Shown in pieces: positions 23,820 through 24,000 of a stretch of DNA of 24,000 nt. The notes beneath the pieces were generated by a model. It worked only from the letters and a program-made list of their open reading frames with translations. It was not told the origin of the DNA and did no database searches. Position 1 is the first letter of the stretch; the number at the start of each line of letters is the position of its first letter. Source of the DNA: an uncultured Nitrosopumilales archaeon. Lineage in GTDB: Archaea; Thermoproteota; Nitrososphaeria; Nitrososphaerales; Nitrosocaldaceae. The stretch lies in contig CAYYYF010000011.1 of the NCBI GenBank assembly GCA_964475945.1, positions 1-24,000 of the forward strand, written 5' to 3'. A program made the translations under genes and the position numbers.

Positions 23820-24000
23820 TTGTTGAGGATACTAGGTAAAAGACTATTAGTTATAATAGTAATAATAGCAACTCCATTGCTTGTAGTAGGTTACATGAGT
23901 GCTAACAATGCATTTGGACAGTTTGGGGAGTTAAAGTTACCAAAGCCTGAGGAGATAACCGAGTATCATTGTAGCAATAATCCTTTACCTTGTATAGATC
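23820..24000 (+). CDS. Possible 5-prime part of a secreted/membrane protein gene running off the window
   Basis: The frame is open from TTG 23820/23823: LLRILGKRLLVIIVIIATPLLVVGYMSANNAFGQ.. (signal-peptide-like). TATA ctttataata at about 23792-23801 lies about 25 nt upstream. Non-ATG start and a truncated ORF, so confidence is low. Confidence 0.3.
   Translation, partial: MLRILGKRLLVIIVIIATPLLVVGYMSANNAFGQFGELKLPKPEEITEYHCSNNPLPCID

Noticed and set aside
21725-24000. Search for a direct repeat of the tRNA-Asn 3-prime half (att site) or an integrase gene downstream of the tRNA.
   Set aside because: No GC-rich segment resembling ggttcgagtccgaccggcggcg and no integrase-like ORF is present in the remaining 2.3 kb. 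An integrated element therefore cannot be asserted from this window.
1-24000. CRISPR arrays, cas operons, retron/DGR-like reverse transcriptases, toxin-antitoxin pairs and rRNA genes.
   Set aside because: No regularly spaced repeats, no RT/Cas1/Cas2-like ORFs and no rRNA-like GC-rich segments were seen on either strand.

Overview
AT-rich archaeal chromosomal segment. The signals are purine-rich coding strands, AGG/AGA/ATA codon bias, GGTGA Shine-Dalgarno motifs before internal operon genes, TATA boxes about 25-30 nt before first-gene start codons, and a tRNA with GC-rich stems. This suggests a thermophile-type archaeon; the lineage cannot be determined by eye. Most of the window is housekeeping. 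(1) 1-545: the 3-prime part of an IS200/IS605-family tnpB with a structured right end (candidate omega-RNA scaffold) about 30 nt from the methionine aminopeptidase gene. (2) 1.5-4.9 kb: small uncharacterised membrane, zinc-ribbon and wHTH genes plus DUF1512-like and SIMPL-domain proteins. (3) 5-14.6 kb: central metabolism and cofactor genes, namely citrate synthase, Zn-ADH, LLM/F420-type oxidoreductase, SbcD-related phosphoesterase, IlvE, a degenerate Gfo/Idh/MocA-like protein, Trm112, an MFS transporter and CofC-CofD. (4) 15.9-21.5 kb: a ribosomal-protein operon S19-L22-S3-L29-Rpp29-S17-L14-L24-S4e-L5-S14-L-S8-L6. S14 is missing from the ORF track and several track starts are corrected here. 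(5) 21.5-24 kb: tRNA-Asn(GUU) followed by a visibly AT-richer block of orphan genes, including a stand-alone Cas4-family (DUF83) nuclease-like protein. No CRISPR array, cas operon, integrase or clear multi-gene defence system is visible. I cannot demonstrate a novel system. The best candidate for accessory or unknown biology is the post-tRNA block that interrupts the otherwise conserved ribosomal cluster, and it runs off the window edge.
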